A stretch of DNA of 61,575 nt, counting the filler, from Asterionella formosa (lineage: Eukaryota): assembly GCA_002256025.1 (NCBI GenBank). It is 22 parts of 22 records of this genome, joined end to end, with 100 filler letters (N's around TTAATTAATTAA, not from the genome) between each part and the next. Parts side by side here need not be neighbours in the genome. Positions count along the whole stretch, not along the records: positions 33,686 to 36,387 come from NKIB01014930.1; positions 36,488 to 39,189 come from NKIB01014931.1; positions 39,290 to 41,990 come from NKIB01014932.1; positions 42,091 to 44,790 come from NKIB01014933.1; positions 44,891 to 47,590 come from NKIB01014935.1; 17 more parts are not named here. The stretch is one strand, 5' to 3'. Under the pieces are notes generated by a model. That model had not been told where the DNA came from. It did not search any database and was given only the letters and a program-made list of their open reading frames with translations. The position numbers were made by a program, and so were the translations under genes. Below, piece after piece: positions 33,686-45,221 of the stretch (position 1 is its first letter; every line of letters starts with the position of its first letter).

Positions 33686-35679
33686 TTCTTTGAGAGTCCC
33701 AAGAAAACCGCACGACGCGAACGAGGTTTCCATCTAGGAAGTTTCTTTCCATCCTGCATGGTAGAATCCAGGACATACACGGGACTTCCCCATACTTGGA
33801 GATCATTGCATTTGTGGGTGGGCCATTTAGTGCCTGAGAAAATGTCAAGAGGTGCCAGGCCATTTTTCCTGTTAGGGAGATGATTATGAATGTACACAGC
33901 ATAGTCAACAGCCATAGGCCAAAGGGTAGTATCAGCAGTGTCACACCAGCGGATGGCAGCATGCAGCATCATAGTTCGCGCCATAGACATAATGGTTTGA
34001 ATGTTCCGCTCTGCAACACCATTATGATGATGAGCACCTACTCCAGCAAAGTGGCTGACTTGTTTGAAAGCTGCCAATTCTGCAACATATTCCTTATCAG
34101 TGAAAGCCTTTCCATTGTCTGAAAGGTAAGATTGAACAATAACTCCAGAGTCACGAGCAGCAGCCTCAAATTTGTGTTTTGAAACAAGAGTTTCATGAGA
34201 GGTCAGAGAGACTTGATGTTCCACATGAACAAAACCGGAAGCATGGTCAACAAACAGACATCCTCCTGAGTACATTTGCTCTTGAACCGTTTTTCCTTTC
34301 GAATCATAGTGTCGTCCCTTAGTGTGACAAACAAAGTGATCGACTGAGACTTGCTGCCCTGGTAGGAGGTCTCCTTTCTTAAGTGCACCACAGCTTGATG
34401 GAACAGGTGTAGAAACGCTGCTGGAAGTTGGTCGACGTTTTGCCTTTCCAAATTGGCAGGAGGCACAGCGAGGTAGGACACAGTTGGATGCTGAACGGTG
34501 CAGATTCTTTTGCCCTTCACTTGTTGCAAGGGCTCCTGATCTCAACAGTAATTGTATTGATTCAAAGTGTAGATGGCCAAGACGAAAGTGCCAACGCAAT
34601 AGTTCCTTCTGAGCTTCGGTTAGATTTTGATTGTTGGAATCGGTAACACAGAGGTTAAGCTCTTGAGCACAGCGATTGACATCCACTTCATTGTATCCAT
34701 AGCTGATAGGAAGGTTGTTGTTGGTTGAGAAAGGGACAACAATGTCTGGTGCTCCACCTCCACAGATACGAATATGATCAGACTCAACTTGACCATAGGC
34801 GGGAGTTTTAGATCCAACAAAACCTTGGATATAAGATTGCCAACTGAGGAGTCGTTGGTGAGCTCCAGGAGTATAGTAAGCAGAGAGCTCAAGACAAGGG
34901 AGAGTACCATCAACTGCTGGAACCATCCACCTGACCTTGCCTTGACCTTCAATTGATAATCCTGCTGCTAGTCCTTTCAGTGTGACAGGTGTGGTCAAGG
35001 GGGTTATCCCATCAACAAAGTCCTGGATATTGTGACTGACTGTACTGGATGCTCCTGTGTCCCAAATGAAGGAGAACTGTGCTGCTGAGGAGAGCCCAAG
35101 GACAGTAGTTGGACTTTTAGTGGCAAGACAACAAAATGGACTTGGCACTGGATTACTGGCAGCAATTGTTGGTGTATAGAGAAGACTCCGAGCCTGACAC
35201 CAATGTTCAACATGTGATCTGAATAGGTTTTGTATACCTGCAATCTGGGATGAGTAAGGCACATGGGGAGTCTTGAGAACAATTGACTGTGGAACAGGGT
35301 CAGTGGCTGAGATAAACTTGGGAGGTTTCCTGATACAGTCAGACCTGCATTGTCGAAGCCGAAGTGGATATGAGCGAGAGACAATTGACATGAGACTGAA
35401 AGGTTGCTGGAGTTGCTTCTGATGTCGATAATAACGGCGACGTGTAGACCAGTGCAGCAGCTTGGCAGGAGGGTGGGGATGAGCATAGTGCATGAAGTGA
35501 AGCCAGAGCACTTGAGAGAAGACAACCAACCAGAAGCACACACAAGGTCCCAGAGAAGCAAGGACGTGGTTGTGATTCAGAAGACTGATAAGAGGGAAGA
35601 ACTCAAAGGAAAGGGTCAATCTCTGACAAAGTATCCAAAGAAGAAATGAAAGTGGATCGGGGCCCCCCCGACCCCCAAG
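33686..35679 (-). CDS. pol: Copia Pol (hydrophobic leader, aspartic protease, integrase), 3'-partial, in frame with gag
   Basis: WDTGAS protease; WHFRLGH...CASC zinc-binding motif; VSVD, SDNG, NGVAER integrase core; KLPRWKPRSRRAVFLG. Confidence 0.92.
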
Positions 35680-36387
35680 TCAAAATTGAGTTGCACAAAT
35701 TCCAAATCCATCATTGACACCAGCAAGGTTTGCACTTATAACAGGTGCTTCAATGGCAGGAGCAGGTGTGGGGGCAGCAGGAGAAGCAGGAACAACCGCA
35801 TTTGGAGGTTTTCCATGAGTAGATCCAAGGTGTGTTGAGGTCCAAAGTCCCAGGCCTTTGCGACACTTGTTACAGAAATTGAATGTTTTATCACCAACAA
35901 CTTTGACAGTTGGGTCTCCAGGCTTGGGTGCTACTTCACGCCAGTTGTGCTTCTTAGGATCTGTGGGCTTGGGAGGAGGAACAGGCACATCACCACAAGG
36001 TTTAGCAGTAATGGCTGCTTGAACAAGCGCATTGAATGATGCTTGGTCCATTCCAGCATAAAACAGGGAAGGGGCCTGCTGCATATCCTTTACAGTGCTG
36101 GCAGGGGACCAATCACCATTGTCCAAGAGAGAGCGGTAGGCTTCTTCAGCAAGATCAAGGATAGCTGTGTAGTGAAAACCCTTTCTGACCATGAACCTTT
36201 TGGCTGAATCTTTGGATAGGTAGGCTGAGTCTGAGAGAGCAGAGTCAAGGTCAAGACGCTTGGGATGCCAAATGGCACGAAAACTCTCAACTGAAACCTG
36301 ACAGAGTGCCTTAATGATTGCCAACACTAACACCCATTCAAACTGATGGGCATTTTCAAGTTCACGGCAAATTCTGCGGATCTTGTT
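35680..36387 (-). CDS. gag: Copia Gag, 5'-partial
   Basis: Frame open from the contig end. C-x2-C...H-x4-H knuckle (CNKCRKGLGLWTSTHLGSTH) and Pro/Ala-rich tail; TGA at 35682-35680. Confidence 0.8.
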   Translation of the reverse strand, partial: NKIRRICRELENAHQFEWVLVLAIIKALCQVSVESFRAIWHPKRLDLDSALSDSAYLSKDSAKRFMVRKGFHYTAILDLAEEAYRSLLDNGDWSPASTVKDMQQAPSLFYAGMDQASFNALVQAAITAKPCGDVPVPPPKPTDPKKHNWREVAPKPGDPTVKVVGDKTFNFCNKCRKGLGLWTSTHLGSTHGKPPNAVVPASPAAPTPAPAIEAPVISANLAGVNDGFGICATQF

Positions 36388-36487
36388 NNNNNNNNNNNNN
36401 NNNNNNNNNNNNNNNNNNNNNNNNNNNNNNNTTAATTAATTAANNNNNNNNNNNNNNNNNNNNNNNNNNNNNNNNNNNNNNNNNNNN

Positions 36488-38481
36488 TTCTTTGAGAGTC
36501 CCAAGAAAACCGCACGACGCGAACGAGGTTTCCATCTAGGAAGTTTCTTTCCATCCTGCATGGTAGAATCCAGGACATACACGGGACTTCCCCATACTTG
36601 GAGATCATTGCATTTGTGGGTGGGCCATTTAGTGCCTGAGAAAATGTCAAGAGGTGCCAGGCCATTTTTCCTGTTAGGGAGATGATTATGAATGTACACA
36701 GCATAGTCAACAGCCATAGGCCAAAGGGTAGTATCAGCAGTGTCACACCAGCGGATGGCAGCATGCAGCATCATAGTTCGCGCCATAGACATAATGGTTT
36801 GAATGTTCCGCTCTGCAACACCATTATGATGATGAGCACCTACTCCAGCAAAGTGGCTGACTTGTTTGAAAGCTGCCAATTCTGCAACATATTCCTTATC
36901 AGTGAAAGCCTTTCCATTGTCTGAAAGGTAAGATTGAACAATAACTCCAGAGTCACGAGCAGCAGCCTCAAATTTGTGTTTTGAAACAAGAGTTTCATGA
37001 GAGGTCAGAGAGACTTGATGTTCCACATGAACAAAACCGGAAGCATGGTCAACAAACAGACATCCTCCTGAGTACATTTGCTCTTGAACCGTTTTTCCTT
37101 TCGAATCATAGTGTCGTCCCTTAGTGTGACAAACAAAGTGATCGACTGAGACTTGCTGCCCTGGTAGGAGGTCTCCTTTCTTAAGTGCACCACAGCTTGA
37201 TGGAACAGGTGTAGAAACGCTGCTGGAAGTTGGTCGACGTTTTGCCTTTCCAAATTGGCAGGAGGCACAGCGAGGTAGGACACAGTTGGATGCTGAACGG
37301 TGCAGATTCTTTTGCCCTTCACTTGTTGCAAGGGCTCCTGATCTCAACAGTAATTGTATTGATTCAAAGTGTAGATGGCCAAGACGAAAGTGCCAACGCA
37401 ATAGTTCCTTCTGAGCTTCGGTTAGATTTTGATTGTTGGAATCGGTAACACAGAGGTTAAGCTCTTGAGCACAGCGATTGACATCCACTTCATTGTATCC
37501 ATAGCTGATAGGAAGGTTGTTGTTGGTTGAGAAAGGGACAACAATGTCTGGTGCTCCACCTCCACAGATACGAATATGATCAGACTCAACTTGACCATAG
37601 GCGGGAGTTTTAGATCCAACAAAACCTTGGATATAAGATTGCCAACTGAGGAGTCGTTGGTGAGCTCCAGGAGTATAGTAAGCAGAGAGCTCAAGACAAT
37701 GGAGAGTACCATCAACTGCTGGAACCATCCACCTGACCTTGCCTTGACCTTCAATTGATAATCCTGCTGCTAGTCCTTTCAGTGTGACAGGTGTGGTCAA
37801 GGGGGTTATCCCATCAACAAAGTCCTGGATATTGTGACTGACTGTACTGGATGCTCCTGTGTCCCAAATGAAGGAGAACTGTGCTGCTGAGGAGAGCCCA
37901 AGGACAGTAGTTGGACTTTTAGTGGCAAGACAACAAAATGGACTTGGGACTGGATTACTGGCAGCAATTGTTGGTGTATAGAGAAGACTCCGAGCCTGAC
38001 ACCAATGTTCAACATGTGATCTGAATAGGTTTTGTATACCTGCAATCTGGGATGAGTAAGGCACATGGGGAGTCTTGAGAACAATTGACTGTGGAACAGG
38101 GTCAGTGGCTGAGATAAACTTGGGAGGTTTCCTGATACAGTCAGACCTGCATTGTCGAAGCCGAAGTGGATATGAGCGAGAGACAATTGACATGAGACTG
38201 AAAGGTTGCTGGAGTTGCTTCTGATGTCGATAATAACGGCGACGTGTAGACCAGTGCAGCAGCTTGGCAGGAGGGTGGGGATGAGCATAGTGCATGAAGT
38301 GAAGCCAGAGCACTTGAGAGAAGACAACCAACCAGAAGCACACACAAGGTCCCAGAGAAGCAAGGACGTGGTTGTGATTCAGAAGACTGATAAGAGGGAA
38401 GAACTCAAAAGAAAGGGTCAATCTCTGACAAAGTATCCAAAGAAGAAATGAAAGTGGATCGGGGCCCCCCCGACCCCCAAG
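36488..38481 (-). CDS. pol: Copia Pol PR-IN, 3'-partial (copy 2)
   Basis: Same motifs as copy 1. Confidence 0.92.
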
Positions 38482-39189
38482 TCAAAATTGAGTTGCACAA
38501 ATTCCAAATCCATCATTGACACCAGCAAGGTTTGCACTTATAACAGGTGCTTCAATGGCAGGAGCAGGTGTGGGGGCAGCAGGAGAAGCAGGAACAACCG
38601 CATTTGGAGGTTTTCCATGAGTAGATCCAAGGTGTGTTGAGGTCCAAAGTCCCAGGCCTTTGCGACACTTGTTACAGAAATTGAATGTTTTATCACCAAC
38701 AACTTTGACAGTTGGGTCTCCAGGCTTGGGTGCTACTTCACGCCAGTTGTGCTTCTTAGGATCTGTGGGCTTGGGAGGAGGAACAGGCACATCACCACAA
38801 GGTTTAGCAGTAATGGCTGCTTGAACAAGCGCATTGAATGATGCTTGGTCCATTCCAGCATAAAACAGGGAAGGGGCCTGCTGCATATCCTTTACAGTGC
38901 TGGCAGGGGACCAATCACCATTGTCCAAGAGAGAGCGGTAGGCTTCTTCAGCAAGATCAAGGATAGCTGTGTAGTGAAAACCCTTTCTGACCATGAACCT
39001 TTTGGCTGAATCTTTGGATAGGTAGGCTGAGTCTGAGAGAGCAGAGTCAAGGTCAAGACGCTTGGGATGCCAAATGGCACGAAAACTCTCAACTGAAACC
39101 TGACAGAGTGCCTTAATGATTGCCAACACTAACACCCATTCAAACTGATGGGCATTTTCAAGTTCACGGCAAATTCTGCGGATCTTGTT
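38482..39189 (-). CDS. gag: Copia Gag, 5'-partial (copy 2)
   Basis: Protein identical to copy 1; TGA at 38484-38482. Confidence 0.8.
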   Translation of the reverse strand, partial: NKIRRICRELENAHQFEWVLVLAIIKALCQVSVESFRAIWHPKRLDLDSALSDSAYLSKDSAKRFMVRKGFHYTAILDLAEEAYRSLLDNGDWSPASTVKDMQQAPSLFYAGMDQASFNALVQAAITAKPCGDVPVPPPKPTDPKKHNWREVAPKPGDPTVKVVGDKTFNFCNKCRKGLGLWTSTHLGSTHGKPPNAVVPASPAAPTPAPAIEAPVISANLAGVNDGFGICATQF

Positions 39190-39498
39190 NNNNNNNNNNN
39201 NNNNNNNNNNNNNNNNNNNNNNNNNNNNNNNNNTTAATTAATTAANNNNNNNNNNNNNNNNNNNNNNNNNNNNNNNNNNNNNNNNNNNNGGGACCAGATA
39301 CGAGGGATTATGGTAGTTAAAATAATATCATGTATCTGTACAAAATCACCTACATTCGAATTTTTATTAAGTAGACTCTACATCCAACATAGTACTATTT
39401 AATTTACCCGGTACCAGTACTATCCTTCCTGCCACCGGTAGACAGAACGCGACGGACCTCTTACTTTCTATTTCACTAGCAGCATCGTCTCTGCCACA

Positions 39499-41737
39499 AT
39501 GATCAATATGAAGGTTGTTAGCGCCCTTTTGTTGTTGGTCTCTGTGGTCTCTGCGAGTTCAGGGTTTTCCAAGGTTCGAAGGGTGCGAGCAGGAAAGGTA
39601 TACGCCGAACACGATGCCGTTCACATTGTTGTAAATAAAGTTGGGTAAGTCTCGATCATTCGAACTGCATCCGAAATTGATACGGCCATCTACGTGAAAT
39701 GACGAGGTCGATCAATTCAGAAAATCATTTTTGTCAAATCTTTTGTCCGGAACGATGATGATTTCATGTACTCAATTTCTCTTCTACCGTTCCCAAACTT
39801 CCGCAATACAGACCGTTCAACAACCCCACGGAGACGTACCGATACTACAAGCTCCCCTTTTGCCAGTCGCACGCCACGACAAAAGAAGAAGACGAAGCCG
39901 CGGTGGAGGAAGAATATGGAGAAAAGCTCCGCTCGATCCCGCGTGGAGACAGACGCGAAGCTGCCATTGGCCATCGTCAGCGTTTGGGAGAGAGCATCGT
40001 CGGAGACCGTCGCGAGACGTCGCCTTACGAGATCACCTTTGGCGACTCGGTAGACTGGCGATTGTTGTGCAAGACCACCTTGGACTCGGACGACTTGCAG
40101 CAATTCAAGCATGCGATTCAGAACAATTATTTCTTCGAGATGTTTGTAGAGGACCTTCCAATGTGGGGATACATTGGAGATTCAAACGAAGGAGACATTA
40201 TTTTAAACGAGGTTGATGGCGCCGGAAAGATCTACCTTTTCCCTCATTTGCACTTTTTCTTGGGATACAATGAAGGGCGCATTGTATCGGCCAAGGTTAC
40301 CACTGACGTAAGTTGAGATCTCATGCAGCTATGCACACTGGAGTCATTCGAGGAAACTCATGTTGCCACTGCTCCCATTTCATTACAATACAGATCGACC
40401 GTCGTGTTGATATTTCTGAAAAAACTGGCATTGAGGTGCAGTTCTCTTACTCTGTTGAGTGGTTTGAAGATGACCTCGAGTGGAAGTACCGCATGTCCCG
40501 TTATGCCGATTCAAGATTCTTGCCTTCGTCATTTGAGATTCACTGGTTGTCCATCATCAACTCATTCGTCTTGGTTCTCCTTTTGACTGCCTTTTTGACC
40601 ATCATTCTCCTTCGTGTCCTAAAGAATGACTTCTCGCGTTATATGGAGCTTGATGACGAAGCGATGGAAGAAGAAGAGGTACGGTGTTTTTGGACATGAC
40701 AAATAGTTTTATCCAGTCTGCATAGCTGCTGAACTCGATGTCTCACATTTGTACTCTTTGTGTGGCTTTAGTCGGGTTGGAAGTTGATTCATGGGGATGT
40801 CTTCCGGTTCCCTCAAAACTCGACACTCTTCTGTGCTGCTGTCGGAACTGGTACTCAGTTGCTTGTCCTTACTTTTTGTCATCTTGGGTTGGCTTTGGCA
40901 GGAATCATCTCGACAAACAGGCGTGGCTCAATTCTTGCCGGTATCGTTGTTCTCTACTGCCTAACATCCATTGTTGCTGGATTTACTGCTGTTAAGCTAT
41001 ACCGACAGATGAATGGGAAGCTATGGGTCCGATGTATTCTTTTCACTGCTACCTTGTTCCCTGTCCCTGTCGTGGCCGTCTTCCTGTGGGTCAACTCTGT
41101 TGCTCTCGCTCATGGTTCCACTAGTGCCTTGCCAGTCACTGCAGTCCTTACTGTCGGAGCGCTTTACGCCTTTATCTGCTTTCCATTGACAGTTTTTGGA
41201 GGAATCTTGGCCAAGAATTTTGCAAGTGCTGAATTCAATGCACCCACTCGCACAACAAAAGTGGCACGAGAAATCCCAACAGAAATCCCTTGGTATCGCG
41301 ACAGGCCTTTCCAACTCGTGATTGCTGGATTTCTTCCCTTCTCGGCTATTTACATTGAGCTTCATTACATTTTCGCTTCAATGTGGGGACATCAGATTTA
41401 CACCCTCTTTGGAATTCTCCTTTTGGCATTTATTCTACTGGTTATTGTCACATCCTTCATCACAGTGGCACTTCTTTATTTCCAGCTTGCTAGAGAAGAC
41501 CACCGTTGGTGGTGGACCACCTACATCAATGGTGGTATGACTGGATTGTTCATTTATGTCTACTCATTTTACTATTACTACCACCGATCTGGAATGCGCG
41601 GTCTTTTACAGGGATCTTTTTATTTTGGATACATGGCTGTGGTGTCATTTGCCTTTTTCCTTATGCTTGGAAGTGCTTCTTTCCAGTTTAGTCTTATTTT
41701 TGTCAAGTACATTTATTCAAGGGTCAAGTGTGATTAG
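39499..41737 (+). CDS. Transmembrane 9 superfamily (nonaspanin/EMP70, TM9SF1-like) protein, 4 exons (39499-39644, 39812-40307, 40394-40678, 40772-41737)
   Basis: Signal peptide, NKVGPFNNPTETYRYYKLPFC, IHWLSIINS, GWKLIHGDVFRFP, EDHRWWW and C-terminal KCD. Three GT-AG introns restore one frame. Confidence 0.95.
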
Positions 41738-42091
41738 TCATAAAATGCTGATGACAAGAAAGGACAAATATCCTAATATGCTGGGATGTACACATACAGT
41801 CTGGGCAAGAATCATGCATATAAATATAATTCTCAAAAAACGTATGCAATTATAAATAATGAAAGTATAAAGCTTGTTATATACTCCTGAATATATCCAA
41901 GCAGTAGGTGCATGGTCAGCACACCTCATGAGGTGGCAGGCTTGATTCCTGCATTCTTCACCTGTCTTTCTTTTATGTACTTAGTCCCTANNNNNNNNNN
42001 NNNNNNNNNNNNNNNNNNNNNNNNNNNNNNNNNNTTAATTAATTAANNNNNNNNNNNNNNNNNNNNNNNNNNNNNNNNNNNNNNNNNNNNT

Positions 42092-42811
42092 GAAAAAGCG
42101 CTTTTGGGTGAAGAATCTGGAATTCAACATTTATGTCCGGAACGGGTTGAAATCATCCTTTCAAACCACGAGATGGACGTCGACGAAATGTCTGTTTTCC
42201 GGATGCTATCAAGGTGGTTCGAATGCCGTGAAAATGCTGATGAAGGTATGGAAGTGGCGAAACGATTGTCAGCGAAAATTGATCTTACTCGTATAGAAAC
42301 CAGGGATCTGCAAACATCCATCAAGCAGAGCGATTTCTTTGATCAAAATATCGTTGACAAGGTCATAACACAGCAATCTATTCGAGCGTCGAATGGAACC
42401 CTCTCATTTTCCTCCCTTTCGCGAAAGCAACAGCATTCCGAAGATTGTTCTCAAGAACGAGTTTTGGTTTCTGGTGCTGGTGACAGTGGTGTTAATGGAT
42501 TGTACTACCGAGAGAGTGAATGCAACGAGGAGGCAGAGAATCAAGAGGATTCAATTATTCATTTTAGCAAGGACAGAGATAGTTCAGGAGCATTTGGATT
42601 GTATCTTTGGGGGGATGTTTGGGGTATTGCCTTGGAAGTAGACTTAAGCAATACATATTACCAGTGCCAACGAACTTCAGGCAATCAAGTCCCTGAAGTG
42701 GGGTGGACAACTGGGATACAGGGGGAATCCCCACCACCCACCTGTACCTGGATCAGTGCAGGTTCATCACATGAGCTATTTTCGTCTGCTTCCCAGTTTT
42801 CAAGTAACTGA
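42092..42811 (+). CDS. 3' part of a BTB/BACK-type protein
   Basis: BACK-like IILSNHEMDVDEMSVFRMLSRW...IDLTRI, then VLVSGAGDSGVNGLYY...GW...G..PPP module; ends TGA. Confidence 0.7.
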   Translation, partial: EKALLGEESGIQHLCPERVEIILSNHEMDVDEMSVFRMLSRWFECRENADEGMEVAKRLSAKIDLTRIETRDLQTSIKQSDFFDQNIVDKVITQQSIRASNGTLSFSSLSRKQQHSEDCSQERVLVSGAGDSGVNGLYYRESECNEEAENQEDSIIHFSKDRDSSGAFGLYLWGDVWGIALEVDLSNTYYQCQRTSGNQVPEVGWTTGIQGESPPPTCTWISAGSSHELFSSASQFSSN

Positions 42812-42832
42812 GATTCATTATCATCGGCTTTA

Positions 42833-43145
42833 TTAAAGATGCGAGTGCTTTTTTAATAGAGTTAAATTGTACATGTTAAATCCATAAGAGGGGGGGGGGC
42901 TTAACCCTAGTTTAGAATAAAACATTGCTAGGGTTGTGAAATTTTCATTGAACAAGGAGTTTGTTTCTCTGAATTCCCATGATTTGAGCACAACGTTTGG
43001 AGATTTAAATTGAACAGTAATTGGTGCCAAATTGGTAGAGTTCCATTTCAATCAAATAAAAATTTCACATTCAAAATAATCTGTTTCTTTATGTGGATAT
43101 AATATAACTGCCCATCAAAACACGCATATAAACCAGGAGTAAATA
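42833..43145 (+). repeat. Single copy of the family that forms the 9583-10133 inverted repeat
   Basis: GGCTTAACCCTA...GCTAGGGTTGT...GAATTCCCATGATTTGAG...AGAGTTCCAT...CATATAAA.CAGGAGTA is colinear with 9809-10062. Confidence 0.8.
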
Positions 43146-44405
43146 CAGCAGTGCTCCAGTGGTAACACATATAATTTGAATAGCAGGCATGGTTTGGTAT
43201 GAGTGGCTATTCAAAAAGGGTCAATTATCCGAATTTGTGAAGGCTTTGCTGTTGTTGCAGGTGTTCTTGCATACTCTTTCTCAACCATGCTCTTATTTCT
43301 GTCGTTGCGGTGCTTCACTGTAAACATCTTTCTCAGTAATCCGATTTGCTTTGACTAGTAAAATAATGGCAAATTGTAATGAAGGCAAAGCTGGGGGGGG
43401 GGGCTTGAGAAGCACCAATAGGTGAGTCAAACATTTTCAGAAATTCATTATTGCTGTAGGACTCTATAATATATTTGTTTCTTGTTAAAATGTCAAAATT
43501 AATTTGAACAGTTGTAAAAGAAATTTTATGATAATCATTTTTATAGTGCTCACAATCTTATTAGTCTATCAGTTGTAAAAAGAAATAGTATTATGCTAGC
43601 TAGGTATTATCAATAGTTTGCTTAAACGGATTATCCTTATACTGTAATGGGTTTCGCAAATGAGTTATAGGGTCCAAATCAAGGTCCACCTTGTTGTATC
43701 GGCATGTTCAATGCAAGGTAAACTTTAAATTGGAATTGATGATCTGATTGGTTTACCAATACAAGTGTCAGAATATGTGTCTGTTAGGCTGTTGATGTCG
43801 ACAGGTGTCCGAAGACTAGCTAGATGTAATCTGAGGAATGTTGAAGCGGAAATAGACAGTATTTATATACCGGCGCGAGAAAGATCTTGACCGGTCATTC
43901 CAGGGCAGTACTGGAGCGCGATAGGAAGAAGCGCCATAACTTTCAACATACAAGGTGGATGCGAAGAGAGTAAAAACCAATACGCATAAGGTACACACCG
44001 TATATTGTTTATTAAACCCTATTTCGGAGAAACTGTCCATTCCTTGTATTCGAGGGTCATTTGAGAAATTGCCTTTTGTACCATTGGAGAAAAAAGAGCC
44101 TTATGAATGATTATAGCTATTTCATTGTATGGGATGAGCACGGATTCGGAACACTCTCATGACAAAGCTAGCCAATACAAGTGTACATGGTCAACCTTGT
44201 TTTGGTACCTGGTAAATTACTTTTTCAGCTTGGTGTAGTGATTCCAAATATGCAAGGTACCGGTATTTCGTTTCCTGTGTGAAATAGTATAGTACCAGGG
44301 TACCAGGTACCGTTACCACAGGTGCCATGAAATAGATGAGACATTGTCACGGCCTTGCAGTATCATTCCTAGAATAACCACTCCAGCGTTTCCTCACATT
44401 CTAAA

Positions 44406-44790
44406 ATGATCGGACACACACGGTTTACAATGCTTCATGGCGAGATTCGAGAACGGGCTAGGCGATCAAACTCGGCGCCTCCCATGCCCACGCGGGCTGC
44501 CGTTGTCAAAAGTGGCGTCCCCGTTGTTACGGATCTCATGGATGGTCTGAGCCGACCTAGGTTGTGCGACTTGTCATTCAAGAGCAAAGACGGAATAATT
44601 GTCAAGGCGCCGAGGTTCATGCTGGGTATTCAATCGCAGCAATTGGAAACGCTGCTCTATGATGTGCACAAGGATGAATCAGACCTTTCCTGCTTTGAAG
44701 GGTATTCAAGTTTAGTCCTGAACGCGATGTTGGAGTACTGTGTGTCTGGTGAACTGAATGATTCGCCGTTGGCTCAGCACGAGAGTTCAG
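44406..44790 (+). CDS. 5' part of a BTB/POZ-domain protein
   Basis: LCDLSFKSKDGIIVKAPRFMLGIQSQQLETLLY...YSSLVLNAMLEYCVSG fits the BTB fold pattern; open to the contig end. Confidence 0.8.
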
Positions 44791-45014
44791 NNNNNNNNNN
44801 NNNNNNNNNNNNNNNNNNNNNNNNNNNNNNNNNNTTAATTAATTAANNNNNNNNNNNNNNNNNNNNNNNNNNNNNNNNNNNNNNNNNNNNTGATGCTGCC
44901 CTGCAAAAGTGTAAAACGTAAAGTAATAAGAAAATAATTTTTGTAGTATTAACGGAGTAAAAATAAACACGGTTTGGGGGGAAAATATATACATGTACAG
45001 ATAGAAAAATATGC

Positions 45015-45221
45015 ACTGTAAGCCACCGCTATGCAATAATCTTAGTGACTTTGGAAAAATTATTTCTTCATGGCTAGATACACTGAATCAAAACTGATTC
45101 CTTAATAGTATAGCAGAGAGCATTGTCTAACATAAGCTTTGTACTTGCGTCAAGTTTTGATCGTTGAATTACATAAATATTTTTAGTCGAAAGATAGAGT
45201 AAAATAGCGGTGGCTTACAGT
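45015..45221. mobile_element. MITE-like 207-bp module with perfect 18-bp inverted repeats, inside a longer dispersed repeat (from about 44915)
   Basis: ACTGTAAGCCACCGCTAT (45015-45032) and ATAGCGGTGGCTTACAGT (45204-45221); second copy at 27209-27395. No target-site duplication seen. Confidence 0.7.

Larger units (their letters stand above)
33686..36387 (-). mobile_element. Ty1/copia (CoDi-like) internal region gag-PR-IN, copy 1
   Basis: Gag C-terminus followed by protease and integrase (copia order); whole contig is coding. Confidence 0.93.
36488..39189 (-). mobile_element. Ty1/copia (CoDi-like) internal region gag-PR-IN, copy 2
   Basis: Same length and ends as 33686-36387; I see only three substitutions (one P/H, two synonymous). 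Confidence 0.93.

Noticed and set aside
33686..39189. Apparent tandem duplication of the copia element
   Set aside because: Two separate same-length contigs placed side by side by size sorting.
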